A stretch of DNA of 63,526 nt, the filler included, from Stramenopiles sp. TOSAG23-3 (Eukaryota), in assembly GCA_900128585.1 (NCBI GenBank). It is 12 parts of 12 records of this genome, joined end to end, with 100 filler letters (N's around TTAATTAATTAA, not from the genome) between each part and the next. Parts side by side here need not be neighbours in the genome. Positions count along the whole stretch, not along the records: positions 10,677 to 15,889 come from LT643577.1; positions 15,990 to 21,196 come from LT643578.1; positions 21,297 to 26,502 come from LT643579.1; 9 more parts are not named here. The stretch is one strand, 5' to 3'. A program made the position numbers and the translations under genes. Shown piece by piece: positions 12,281 to 22,377 of the stretch; within the stretch, counting starts at the first letter, position 1; the number at the start of each line of letters is the position of its first letter. The notes beneath the pieces were generated by a model. That model made no database searches. It was not told where the DNA came from and was given only the letters and a program-made list of their open reading frames with translations.

Positions 12281-14456
12281 TCAAAGCGTAAAATTCAAGT
12301 AACCTGATATCTCATCGGCGCCATCTTTCATCTCCATGTCCGGTCCAATTTCGAATGCAATTCCAACGACTTCATCAATGTTCAAGACTGCATGGCCCCA
12401 TCCATTTGGTATAAACAGCACTTCGCCTGGGTATTGCAATGCTTCGATCGGCTTTGTTGGCAGCATGGGGTACACCACTCGCAGCCACTCTGCCAGGGTC
12501 ATGACACTGGGTCCAAAGTTCATTGCAGGAGGAAACAAGTACTGTGTGTGTGTGTTGTCGATGGGAGAGTGAGGGGTGTTAAGTTAGTAAAACCAAGAGA
12601 TGCGAGGACGAGCGAGGGTTTCAAATGGTACTCACCCATTTTTTTCTTCCTTTCGAAAGATAATTGTAGGCCGTCGAGTGCTGGTGGAAGTACGTGGAGG
12701 ACCCGGGGCCACCAATGTAGAACAAAGCTTTTTGGTCGCGGGCTCTACGGTTCAAGGCAAAGCGCTTCCCTTTAAAGTACAATGGCTCTTCTATGTCTTG
12801 CACAACGTGTCCGTGACCAGTCGAAAATAAGTAAGGGTAAGTGCCGTTTTCTCCCTCGCCAGGCGCCCCCCCGCGTTGCACGTCAAGGTACGACTTTACA
12901 TAGGCCTTTACGGACATTTTTTTAGCCCCAACCCTCTCAAGGGTGCTCTGGTTTACTGCGTAGTTCTGCGATGGTGCAATTTCGATACTCTCACTGACAT
13001 CGAAATGCAGGTGGCCATACATTTTCATCAAGTTGTTGCGACACCACCTTTCATCTGTTTTCGAAAAAAAAGAATCCTGTTCATACTCGTAATTTATCAG
13101 CACTGGTCGCCCCTGTCTTGCGTACTTCTCGTTAAATTCGGGCAGCGACAGTTGGCTTGCCACAACTCGATTGACATGGTTTCGATTCACTACCAAATTC
13201 GGCAGCTTTCGCTCCATTGCCGCAATACTATCCTTTTCGGAAACGTGCCAACCGTCATGGCCTTTTCCTTTGCCGTATGCAGAAAAGTGTGTAGCGGGGA
13301 CCTGGTCCAGTATTGTGTCGATGGGAATAGCTGGTACATTGTACACAAACCGTGCATAGTTTGTGATGCTTCTGGTGTACCGTGCCAAATACCATTCGGG
13401 GCGACTACTTGCCACTGCCAAAGAGGAAACTGCATCGTCCTGCATGTCACGGTACAACATCTTTCGACTTTTCGTGTGAAACTTTGCTCCTTTCTTGAAT
13501 TGACCCATTGCATCGTACGCCAGCCCAATGTCTGTTCGAAGCTGCTGCCCCCGCGGCTGGGCTTTCAGCAAATGTTTTTTTATTTCTAAGATTTCTTTAA
13601 ACATTTGGGCTTTGAACAGACAAACCCCTAGCCGGTTCTGTGTCTTGAGAAACCTTGCTTTTTCCTTTCGTGAGCTTGCAGACACGAAATACTTCCATGC
13701 CCTCTTCATTGTTGCCATGAACTCTTTGATGTTTCCATCGTAATTTAATATCGTCGCATGCAGCAGTAGCGAGGAAAGAAACCCACTATCAAAGGCAATT
13801 GCTTTTAAATCGTTTTCTATCATTTTGAAAGATGATGTAGTCTTGTTCAAGTATTTCCGCCTTCTTTGAATCTCTGCCTGCAACTTCCGAACCTCGAGTA
13901 CTGTGCCCCCCCCCCCCGTCTTCAAAGCCATTTGCTGTGCAAATTCTGAGTTTCGAAAGTCTCCGCTTTGAAGCTGACTTTCGGCTGCGTGCACGAACAT
14001 CAGTGAAGGGTTTGCCACCCGCTGGGGCACACGCTTTGTTGCACCTCGAACAGTTTTCTTTCCATTTTTGTGCCATTTTGTCACCAGCACATAAGAAACT
14101 TTTAGCAAATCGTTCATGTAAATATGTTTCTGGCTGTGGGCGACAGGGTCTATCGTTAGGTCTTCCAATTGCAGCTGTTCGATCTTCACCGATGAAAAAT
14201 CGAAGTGTGGTAAATTCGTCATGTAATCTTCCAGGTGTGAAACATACTCTTCTATTTTAATAGAATCTTCGTTGTAAATGCGATCTTTTGCAGCCCCCTG
14301 TTTGCTACCGTGAATGTTTGGTAAAGAAACACGAAAATGGGAGAACGTACTACCACCACCTTCAGTAGAATGTCCAATAACTATCTTTGTAGTGGTCGTC
14401 GCAGATGTACTTCCGCTTGATGCAATTTGTATCAATACAAGAAAGAAAAGAAACAT
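12281..14456 (-). CDS. Signal-peptide, TPR-like + JmjC (JMJD8-like cupin) protein; one intron at 12542-12635
   Basis: Hydrophobic N-terminus MFLFFLVLIQIASS. JmjC core FYIGGPGSSTYFHQH...GRKKW|YLFPP...QYPGEVLFIPNGWGHAVLNI. The 94-nt intron has donor GTGAGT, branch TACTAAC and acceptor CAG, and joins the two ORFs in frame. Confidence 0.85.
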
Positions 14457-15037
14457 CACCTATTTAAGTGTGTATCATATACGTATGCACAGACGAAATG
14501 AAGTTGGTGAGGTGGTCTATTATTTATTACATATTAAATTTCATTACAACAGAAAGAAGCAAAGAAGTCATATATGTAAATTAACATTTGTTTGTTCCGT
14601 GTATATCGTTTGTATTGAAACGAAAGTATAATAAAAAAGAAGATAGAAAAAAAGAAGAAGAAAGGTAGATAGAGGTACAGACGGTGGACGCCCGCGAATA
14701 ATACAAAAACCATTCATGATATATAATAGACACAGCATTTAATTTAAACTCGATTATCTTGTTTTTTTAAAACTTTTATTATTTAATTTTATATTTAATT
14801 TCTTTCTTTCCATCATCGTCACCATCGTCTTTCAATTCCTCATGTTGGTTTTGGGCAAATAATGACATTTTTATGGTCACATAATTACATAATTTAGTAG
14901 AGTCGCATTTTGTGCTTCTTCCTATTAAATTTCAGTTGCAAAAATCGTATTTCTGATTTTTACTTGTGAATAACGAAATTGCCTAGTTATACGTCGATCA
15001 GCATAAAGCTTAGTGGTGGACGTGATAGCTGTATTTC

Positions 15038-15211
15038 TATTAAAAATATCATGTTGGTATAATGTTAATATTAGGGTTTTATGGATAAAAGAAAGAAAAA
15101 ACGACATTCGTCTATATAACACACTGTTTTAAATAATGCTGTATATGTATTAAAAATATCATGTTGATATCATGTTAATATTAGGGTTTTATGGATAAAG
15201 AAAAAACGACA
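15038..15211 (+). repeat. Degenerate ~65-bp direct repeat, two copies, each containing TTAGGGTTT
   Basis: tattaaaaatatcatgttg.tat.atgttaatattagggttttatggataaa...gaaaaaacgaca at ~15038-15105 and ~15148-15211. Confidence 0.9.
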
Positions 15212-15491
15212 AAGTACCGGGTCCGGTATTTTGTAGTTGCAATCCGTTAAAGAATACGATATAAGATAGGATGTTTGATAATAAACAAATTATTTGTATA
15301 TAGAGTTATAATTAGGGTTAGAAAGGACACCGGAAAAAATATCGCTTGGTATATAGCTCTCTATCTATGGTAATAAAAGGTAGAGAGAGGTATAAAAGGG
15401 TCCAGGTCCCAAAAAAAGCATTTCTCATGGAATTGCACCATGACATAAGTAGTAAAAGATAGGTCCCTAGACGAATGCTATTTTATATAAT

Positions 15492-15731
15492 AAAATGGTT
15501 GTTGTGGCCAATACCGCAGAGATCACCGCTTCGCTGCTCGATTGCTCGCCTGACGCATTCCCCGTGTAATTATCGACCCTGCCACTTCTGACTTCTCGGA
15601 AGTACCAGTGTCGGCAACCCCCTTGTTGTGGAGGAACCTTCTACACGCTAAGAACGATGACATACGATACCGACCACCCCTTCCAACTCCAATGAGATCA
15701 CTTGATTTACAGACAGGCGCTGCCCTGTCCC
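15492..15731 (-). ncRNA. SRP RNA (7SL), plant/protist type
   Basis: On the minus strand: Alu domain GACAGG-GCAGCG-CCTGTC / TGTAA / ATC-AAGT-GAT. Helix 5 GTGGTCGGTATCGTA (15663-15677) pairs fully, allowing G-U, with TGCGGTATTGGCCAC (15504-15518). Helix 6 is TGCC..CTG..ACTTCCGAGAAGT-CAG..GGCA. Helix 8 is CAGG-CGA-GCAA-TCG-AGCAG (15534-15552), the SRP54 site with a GNRA loop. A TTTT Pol III terminator lies at 15492-15495. Confidence 0.92.
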
Positions 15732-16615
15732 TAATATGGATGGATTATTTGTGTTTGTGCCTTTTTTTTAACACAATGATATATGATGTTCAGGTACTCT
15801 ATCACTACTATCTCTCTCTGTTCCTACCGTCCACCACCAATCGTGTTCCAATTAGGGTTTTCAAACAGACACAGTTAAAATATATAACCNNNNNNNNNNN
15901 NNNNNNNNNNNNNNNNNNNNNNNNNNNNNNNNNTTAATTAATTAANNNNNNNNNNNNNNNNNNNNNNNNNNNNNNNNNNNNNNNNNNNNCTCGGGATCGG
16001 GGGGCGCCGCCTGTAACAACAACAAGCTTAGTCGACGGTTACCACGTACGAGGTACTGGGTGCAGGCTTACGACTCTTTTAAAACATTTTGTGGGCCACG
16101 AGAAACGCGTGCACTTCTTCGCAGAACGCCGAGTGTCTTTACACTTTAAAGTTATTTTTTTCGGTGGATAAGCTACTCATTCGATATATTATTCTAGAGT
16201 AGGGTACACCTAATCTAAACGTTCTCTTTTTTAATATCTACAATTGGGATAATCTTGAGAGTCTTAAAACATACTATATAATTAGTTTTTTTTTTCATAA
16301 GAAAGTATCATAAGTTTTTATGTTATCATATAATACACGCCTTTTTTCAAGAAAATTGGCTGTTATGTAAGCATCGTGTACCGCGAAAATGAATCTGCTC
16401 CTTTTGTCCATATTCTAAAAATTTTTTTTAAACATATTATGCCGTTCTTATCCATATATCTTTGTCACTTTCGTCTTGACTATCATTCCCAGATGTACTC
16501 CATGCATGATCCGAATCGGTAGGTGGATTGGCCAAGCGTTGGCGATATCCAGCCTCATTGCTGCCGAGAAGGAGGCCAAGGCACTTAAACGGGGAAGTAA
16601 CAATTGAATACTTGT

Positions 16616-17035
16616 TTAGAAATACTGCGCCTGCATCGCCGCGGTCGGCACTTGGGTCGTATACCTCTGGCCGTTGTCTTCGCATTTCTGGTAGCCGCGC
16701 GCCATCAAAGCGTTCTGGAATTGCGTGAAGTGGGTGCACCGGCGCGTCGAGACATCGTCCCACCGCAGCTCGACGGGGTTCCACAGCACGAGCTCCGTGA
16801 AGCTCCAGTGCTGTTGTTCCTGGTCGTCGTCGTATTTAATCCCGACGACGTGCATCGTCGTGTCTTTCATGAGGTCCTGCAACGCCTCCCGGCGCGACTT
16901 GCTCAACAGCAGCACTTCGCGGGCGAGTATTCGCAGCGCCGGAAACGGGACACTTCTGTCCCGCGCCTTCACGTCCGGCGCGCCGGCGGGCTCGTCGGTC
17001 GCCGGGCGCTTGCGGGAGGGAAGGGCGGAGGCCAT
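16616..17035 (-). CDS. Hypothetical protein (139 aa)
   Basis: GC-rich ATG-initiated ORF (gccATGG context) in AT-rich surroundings, with an NLS-like PSRKRP. No family recognised. Confidence 0.5.
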   Translation of the reverse strand: MASALPSRKRPATDEPAGAPDVKARDRSVPFPALRILAREVLLLSKSRREALQDLMKDTTMHVVGIKYDDDQEQQHWSFTELVLWNPVELRWDDVSTRRCTHFTQFQNALMARGYQKCEDNGQRYTTQVPTAAMQAQYF

Positions 17036-17795
17036 GGTGTTGTTGGTTGGGTGCCGGATTGTTAAACTTAGTTTAAACCAAGAAGCGCTGTAATAATACT
17101 AATACTGGAACCAAACGTAATGACCAGTCATACAATTAAAAAGACATTTAATAGTCGATGATGTGGATACGATGGGAGACCGAACAGAACCCTAAACCCT
17201 AAATTTGTTAAAGTACACGCACAATTTTAAATTACCTAAAAAGTTATCATAAGAGAGTTCTTAGTGGAATGAAATAATATAATAATAATAAGTATAATAA
17301 TAATATGATGATGATGGATGAGTGGGTTATTGTAAGCAAATAATAGGCTAAATAATAAAAATCTTCTTTTTGCATCTACACAACATCATTTATTATGATT
17401 ATATTCTATTAATATTATAATACTCTATACTCTTCAATCATATTATATTCTACTACTACCTACTAGAACGGACTATCACTATAATAGACTATAATACTAG
17501 AATCTCTGATTCCTCTAGCTAGGCCTTCTGCGAACTCATGCCATGCTGTGTTGATGCTAAATAAATAGTAAAAAATGAATCAATTAAGCAGGAATTTTGA
17601 AAAGAAATTAATCGATGAAGGAAGTGATGAAAAGAAAGAAGTATCAATTTATTATCGTCGAGAATCGGGTCGGTGTGCGTAATCGGCGTTTGTGAGTTCT
17701 GTTGCGATTGCGAAGGTTCGGTGTTCAGGTGCTGTGGTTGTGGCTCTTTGGCGGGTGGGGGGCATAATACGTTTGGCCTCAAAGATCTTTCTTCC

Positions 17796-20186
17796 TCAGA
17801 AAATATTACAACACCTACCTGGGTTGTAATTTACGGCCGTTTCCACATCGCGTTCTTCGGCCTTCTTTTCCGCCTGTTTGCTCAACCAATAGAGCTCCGC
17901 TAAATTTGCAATATAGCCATTTTTCTCGTCCCCAGCAAGTTTGTGGTCAAGGCCCATTTGAAGGTCGCCGCCCCGCAAACAGACCCTGGGGTGGTTTCTT
18001 GGCAACTGGTGAAGGCACAGCTTTTCTTTTTTTGCGACACCAATATTTTTGAATATTACGGTGTCAGCTTGTTCTTCTTTGGGAGGGGGGGGTTCAACAC
18101 GAACACTGAAAGGTTTGGTTAGCCAACTATAAGCGACCACCTTTTCTTTAAAATATGCATGGTGCTCGTATGAGATGTTATAAATTTTCCCCGGGAGCCA
18201 TAAATTATCGAATTCGTATTCTCCATATTGTCTAGAAAGCGCTTGAAAATACTTATCATAATATGCCATCATCAAACCAAACGCACCACGATTAATGTTT
18301 GTGTTAATTTCCTCTGCAATGCTTGAGCCTTTCTTTACCAAAGAGCCGCCCAAATCCATACCTTTCTCCAACCAGCTTTTCTTTTTCTTCGGTTCGTCGG
18401 GGGGGGATTCTTCCACAATTTTGTCATCGGTTCCATCCATGTGGCCCTTCCATGGTACTTCGGGTGGAATGTACTTATCGATCTCTTTAATATACTGACA
18501 GTTGTCGAGGCCCCACATACATGCAGCAATGGTTTGAGGTGACACTCTTGATACAAAATCGTGCTGGTTTACAATGGTAGTAATGTATTTCTCGGTATCA
18601 CGAAAGAACGTATTGTCTTTCAAAGTCTCCACTGTTAGCTCTGAGCCCTCATTTTTAGGATCATTGGGGTCGTGTAAGTTTAAAATCGGAGGACAACCAT
18701 ATCCCCAACATTTCACCTTTCCCTCAAAGCCACACCCACCGAGTTCCAAAGGTGTATTCAAGAGAATTCCCAACAAGCTGGAGCACGCTGCGCCAAGCGA
18801 ATGCCCAACACATGTTATTTTGTTGTACTTATTGCCAGAAAGCAATTCTTCAACTTGCTTGTAGAGGTCCATAGCAATAAAAATTGAGGCCACCTGCATT
18901 GCCATATGGACCATGGCCCTGTTGCATGCAGTGGGGATAGTCATGCATTTAAGGTCAGCTAAGATATCGGTGAACCCTTTTGTACTAGTACCACGCACCA
19001 CAATTAGAACTTCTTTTGTCTCCTTGTTTACAGCAAGAAAATACCTTGGAATCATCACCGAAAAGGTTTTCAACCCGAATACATCTTTCGCCATGTTCTT
19101 CATTGAACCAAATAAAGTAGTTGGCTTTTTGGTAATCTTGTTTCGCCTGATTGCTTCGTCTACGGGTGTTCTACCCCTGTATACCCTTTGCTGCCACAAT
19201 TTTTGAATTTGGTCAAAATCGCAGTTCTTGACCACCCGGCCTCCGCATAATCCAGTAAACTCTCCGGCTTGGTTTCGCTTTTCGGGGCCATCAACGGGTA
19301 CAAAGGGCTTATAACACGACAGCCGTTCTTGGAACTCAACTATCAACTTCATTATGTAGTCATCTTCTGGCAGTTGATTCTCCTTTTTCCGGTATTTCCC
19401 GTTACATTCGCGTTCAATGCTTTTAGCATCCTTTAACAATTCAAAGGGATAGTCGCGGTAAGCAATCTCTGCTATCAAAACGTAAAAAAATACCTTGTCC
19501 ATGAAGGGAAAGTTAATTAGTGGAACACGTTTCATTTTGTTGTAGACTTTTGAGAGTTCTTCTCTTCCAATTTCGAGAGATTTGTCCCACCATTCTTGCC
19601 CGTATGTATCGTCTTCTTTGTATCCTGCTGGATTCTTGAGTTCCTTGTTATAAAATTTTGCTGGTGCCAGCATTGTGGGAGGACTCCCAGGGTAGAGCTC
19701 AATATGATCCAGTGTGCGATCCGTAAGTGTAAGGCCTTGCTGGCCACATTCTTTTTTTATTTCGAGTTGATCGTGATTCTGATACCAAAAGGAAAGGAAT
19801 AATTTAGCAGCTTCATCGGTGAACTTTTCGGGTGGAACCGGTCTGTCTTCGAAGATAAATTCTTGAATTTCAGCGTGTTTTTCACACTTCCATTCGCTGT
19901 AAGGCATCCAAAGACGAGCCCCACGAAGCCAGTCCGTTGCTTCAGGATACTTGCACATTTGTTTGAAGCAATAGAATGCCTGGCCCATATCTTGAATAGT
20001 TCTAACATATTCAGTAACACTCGTCACGCCCGTCACGTTACCGATAGATTTCTTAGAACGCACTAATCTTGAGCCACTACTGCTGAAGTATTCGTCCATA
20101 TCCTTATCTTCTGCCCAGTCAAATTCATGGAAGCCCGGGTTGCCATTTTCTCCACCTTCTGGAACTACTTTTGTAAGGGACGACAT
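17796..20186 (-). CDS. Class 3 lipase (DAG-lipase-like alpha/beta hydrolase)
   Basis: IVVRGT, DILADL, VHMAM, CVGHSLGAA (GxSxG), YGCPP, VNQHDFVSR and LWLPG motifs. Confidence 0.9.
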   Translation of the reverse strand: MSSLTKVVPEGGENGNPGFHEFDWAEDKDMDEYFSSSGSRLVRSKKSIGNVTGVTSVTEYVRTIQDMGQAFYCFKQMCKYPEATDWLRGARLWMPYSEWKCEKHAEIQEFIFEDRPVPPEKFTDEAAKLFLSFWYQNHDQLEIKKECGQQGLTLTDRTLDHIELYPGSPPTMLAPAKFYNKELKNPAGYKEDDTYGQEWWDKSLEIGREELSKVYNKMKRVPLINFPFMDKVFFYVLIAEIAYRDYPFELLKDAKSIERECNGKYRKKENQLPEDDYIMKLIVEFQERLSCYKPFVPVDGPEKRNQAGEFTGLCGGRVVKNCDFDQIQKLWQQRVYRGRTPVDEAIRRNKITKKPTTLFGSMKNMAKDVFGLKTFSVMIPRYFLAVNKETKEVLIVVRGTSTKGFTDILADLKCMTIPTACNRAMVHMAMQVASIFIAMDLYKQVEELLSGNKYNKITCVGHSLGAACSSLLGILLNTPLELGGCGFEGKVKCWGYGCPPILNLHDPNDPKNEGSELTVETLKDNTFFRDTEKYITTIVNQHDFVSRVSPQTIAACMWGLDNCQYIKEIDKYIPPEVPWKGHMDGTDDKIVEESPPDEPKKKKSWLEKGMDLGGSLVKKGSSIAEEINTNINRGAFGLMMAYYDKYFQALSRQYGEYEFDNLWLPGKIYNISYEHHAYFKEKVVAYSWLTKPFSVRVEPPPPKEEQADTVIFKNIGVAKKEKLCLHQLPRNHPRVCLRGGDLQMGLDHKLAGDEKNGYIANLAELYWLSKQAEKKAEERDVETAVNYNPGRCCNIF

Positions 20187-20657
20187 GGTTGAACAGGTTT
20201 GTTTGCGGTGCGGTCTAAATAATATACTTGCACTGTTTTCATTTATCGAAGAATTGCGTTTAGAAAAATTTTTATATTTTTATAACAAAAACCAAACCAC
20301 GTTCGGCCACGGCAAGCAGTTCTTTACATGTTTATTGACAAACGGACTGCTAGTTATTACATTTGTTTCACTTCTTCCACCGGCACAGCCCATGCATCAC
20401 ATATCCAAATATTTTATACTTGTATAGTTATCATCTTGACCTTTTCGGTACCTACCTGTGCAATCAAATCCCCAATATTCCCTTAAATTTTCCCAATATT
20501 ACCAAGTATTAATGCAAGAAATCCTACACTATTGATGTGTAATTAAAATTACACCAATGTTGAAAAAATCTCTTTGAAGCCAGATGCCATTCGAACATTG
20601 TATCCCCAGTCATTTATCAAAACATGTGTCAACATGATATTATTGTAACAATAAATT

Positions 20658-21194
20658 TTAAAAGGTTAACTTTTCCAATGGTTTTCCAACCATGCCAGAC
20701 TGGTTGATTTCATCGATCAGTTCCTGTTTTCCTGCAATGCAGCACGCTATTTCCCCATCCTTTGGTTTGAAAATGACCATGGCGCCGAAAATACAAGCTG
20801 GGGTAGACTGTTGAAAATCAAAAAGTGGGATGTGCTGGGTTTGGCGTGCACCGGGAAGGTTCAGTTCACGCGCGAAGGTAGCCCAGTTCGTGATTGCCCC
20901 GTACGTGCAACCGAGTATATGTTCACAGCTTGTCGGCATTTTCCCTCCTCCTGCCCTTCGATACGGCGGCCCAGCGATGCTCTTTCGGATCAAAGATGGT
21001 GTAGCGTAGTCGCTCGGCGTGTACGACAAGAGATCTTCGTAGTTTCCCACGTCGTCTTCGTTGCAGCCCTCGATCCGTCCGCGAAAATTAATGGACATGA
21101 TCGCAAGGTCGCATTTCAACGAATTGCAAAACTTTGACACGACCACGTCGTTCGTCGAGACAAAGGGGACGCTCTCGTCGTGATTCGCCTTTTG
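20658..21194 (-). CDS. C-terminal fragment of a CoA-dependent acyltransferase-like (BAHD/condensation fold) protein
   Basis: The frame is open from the contig edge: VPFVSTNDVVVS...MSINFRGRI...VGNYE...ITNW, matching the 'StnD', 'vn.R.R', 'GN' and 'tsW' pattern of transferase-family C-lobes. Confidence 0.5.
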   Translation of the reverse strand, partial: QKANHDESVPFVSTNDVVVSKFCNSLKCDLAIMSINFRGRIEGCNEDDVGNYEDLLSYTPSDYATPSLIRKSIAGPPYRRAGGGKMPTSCEHILGCTYGAITNWATFARELNLPGARQTQHIPLFDFQQSTPACIFGAMVIFKPKDGEIACCIAGKQELIDEINQSGMVGKPLEKLTF

Positions 21195-21750
21195 CTNNNN
21201 NNNNNNNNNNNNNNNNNNNNNNNNNNNNNNNNNNNNNNNNTTAATTAATTAANNNNNNNNNNNNNNNNNNNNNNNNNNNNNNNNNNNNNNNNNNNNCAGA
21301 GGACAAATTGATGTTGTTGTATTAAAAATACGTAAATACATATTTCGGTAATTTTGGACCGTACCTCCCCCTTAAGCAGTGAGCGCGCTCTTGGACCCTC
21401 AAATATAGTGACATACTGTTTTACTAGGAAATATCAGTACAGGAACACACCATCAAACTAATATATAGAAATAGCATCGAAGTGTTTTTTCTTATTTCAC
21501 AAAAAATTGTTTAGTTTTGGCTTATGCAAACAAGAACCGTAAACAACGTACAAAATGGTAAAACAAGGAATATAAACTAAAAGATGTATGCTTACTTGCG
21601 GGTTTTTCGTTGAGAAAGGAGTTGTAACAAAAAAGCTTTTTTTAATCAATCTTTTCGATTTTTTAGAGAGAGAGACAAAAGAGTATAGTATTCCCTGCCT
21701 CGAAGTACAAGAAGTAAAAACTTTCGTCGCAAATAATATATTGAAATTAC

Positions 21751-21837
21751 CAGGCGTTTTGTAACAATTCATAAATAGAAATACCACAGGCGTTTTGTCA
21801 CAAATCATATATAGAAATACCATAGGCGTTTTGTCAC
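21751..21837 (+). repeat. 36-bp tandem minisatellite (~2.4 units)
   Basis: caggcgttttgt(a/c)acaa(t/a)tcata(a/t)atagaaatacca units head to tail with no spacers. Confidence 0.9.
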
Positions 21838-22377
21838 TTTCCGTACCCATAATCTCATAATCTACCTTAAAAAAAAAGGAAGGGGTCTTCGCCGTCCCGT
21901 CCATACGGCAGCTGGAAGTTTTTAATCGCATTAATTTTTTGGATTTAATGGCGCCATCGTGGTAATCAAAAATTGATCTAACGATACAACGATATAACAG
22001 CAAAAACCAAACAGGCGACACGTGGTAGAAAGAACTAAATGTTTTGTGATGTGGGCTGTGGCTGGTGGGTGCTGAGTAAACAACCGACCCTATCAATTTT
22101 AATAACAATACGAAAGAAGAAGTGACACCGAAATTTGAAGTGTCGAACGTAGACTGTACTGTGCAGTGGTGATGCATGTCTATCTAGATTTAATGGAGCA
22201 AGATGTTGATAAAAGAAGCAGAAAAAGTTGCAACCGGACAAATATGAAACACAAGCACTAAACAACAGCGAAAAAGCCTCATACGTAGCCAATTGTTGCG
22301 CAAAGTGAAATAATAAACTAATAAAACAAGTATAATTAGCGAAATTACATACAGACCTTCCGAGAGTGGCTGGCAAT

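Noticed and set aside
15608..15889. 109-aa ORF on the + strand
   Set aside because: It is antisense to the SRP RNA and its promoter, has no ATG start and runs into the linker.
21751..21837. 36-bp repeat of CRISPR-like length
   Set aside because: The units are head to tail without unique spacers, there are no cas genes, and the context is eukaryotic.
21497..22376. Minus-strand ORFs of 226 and 113 aa upstream of Sec24
   Set aside because: AT-rich, F/S/L-biased translations that run through a minisatellite, with no recognisable motifs.
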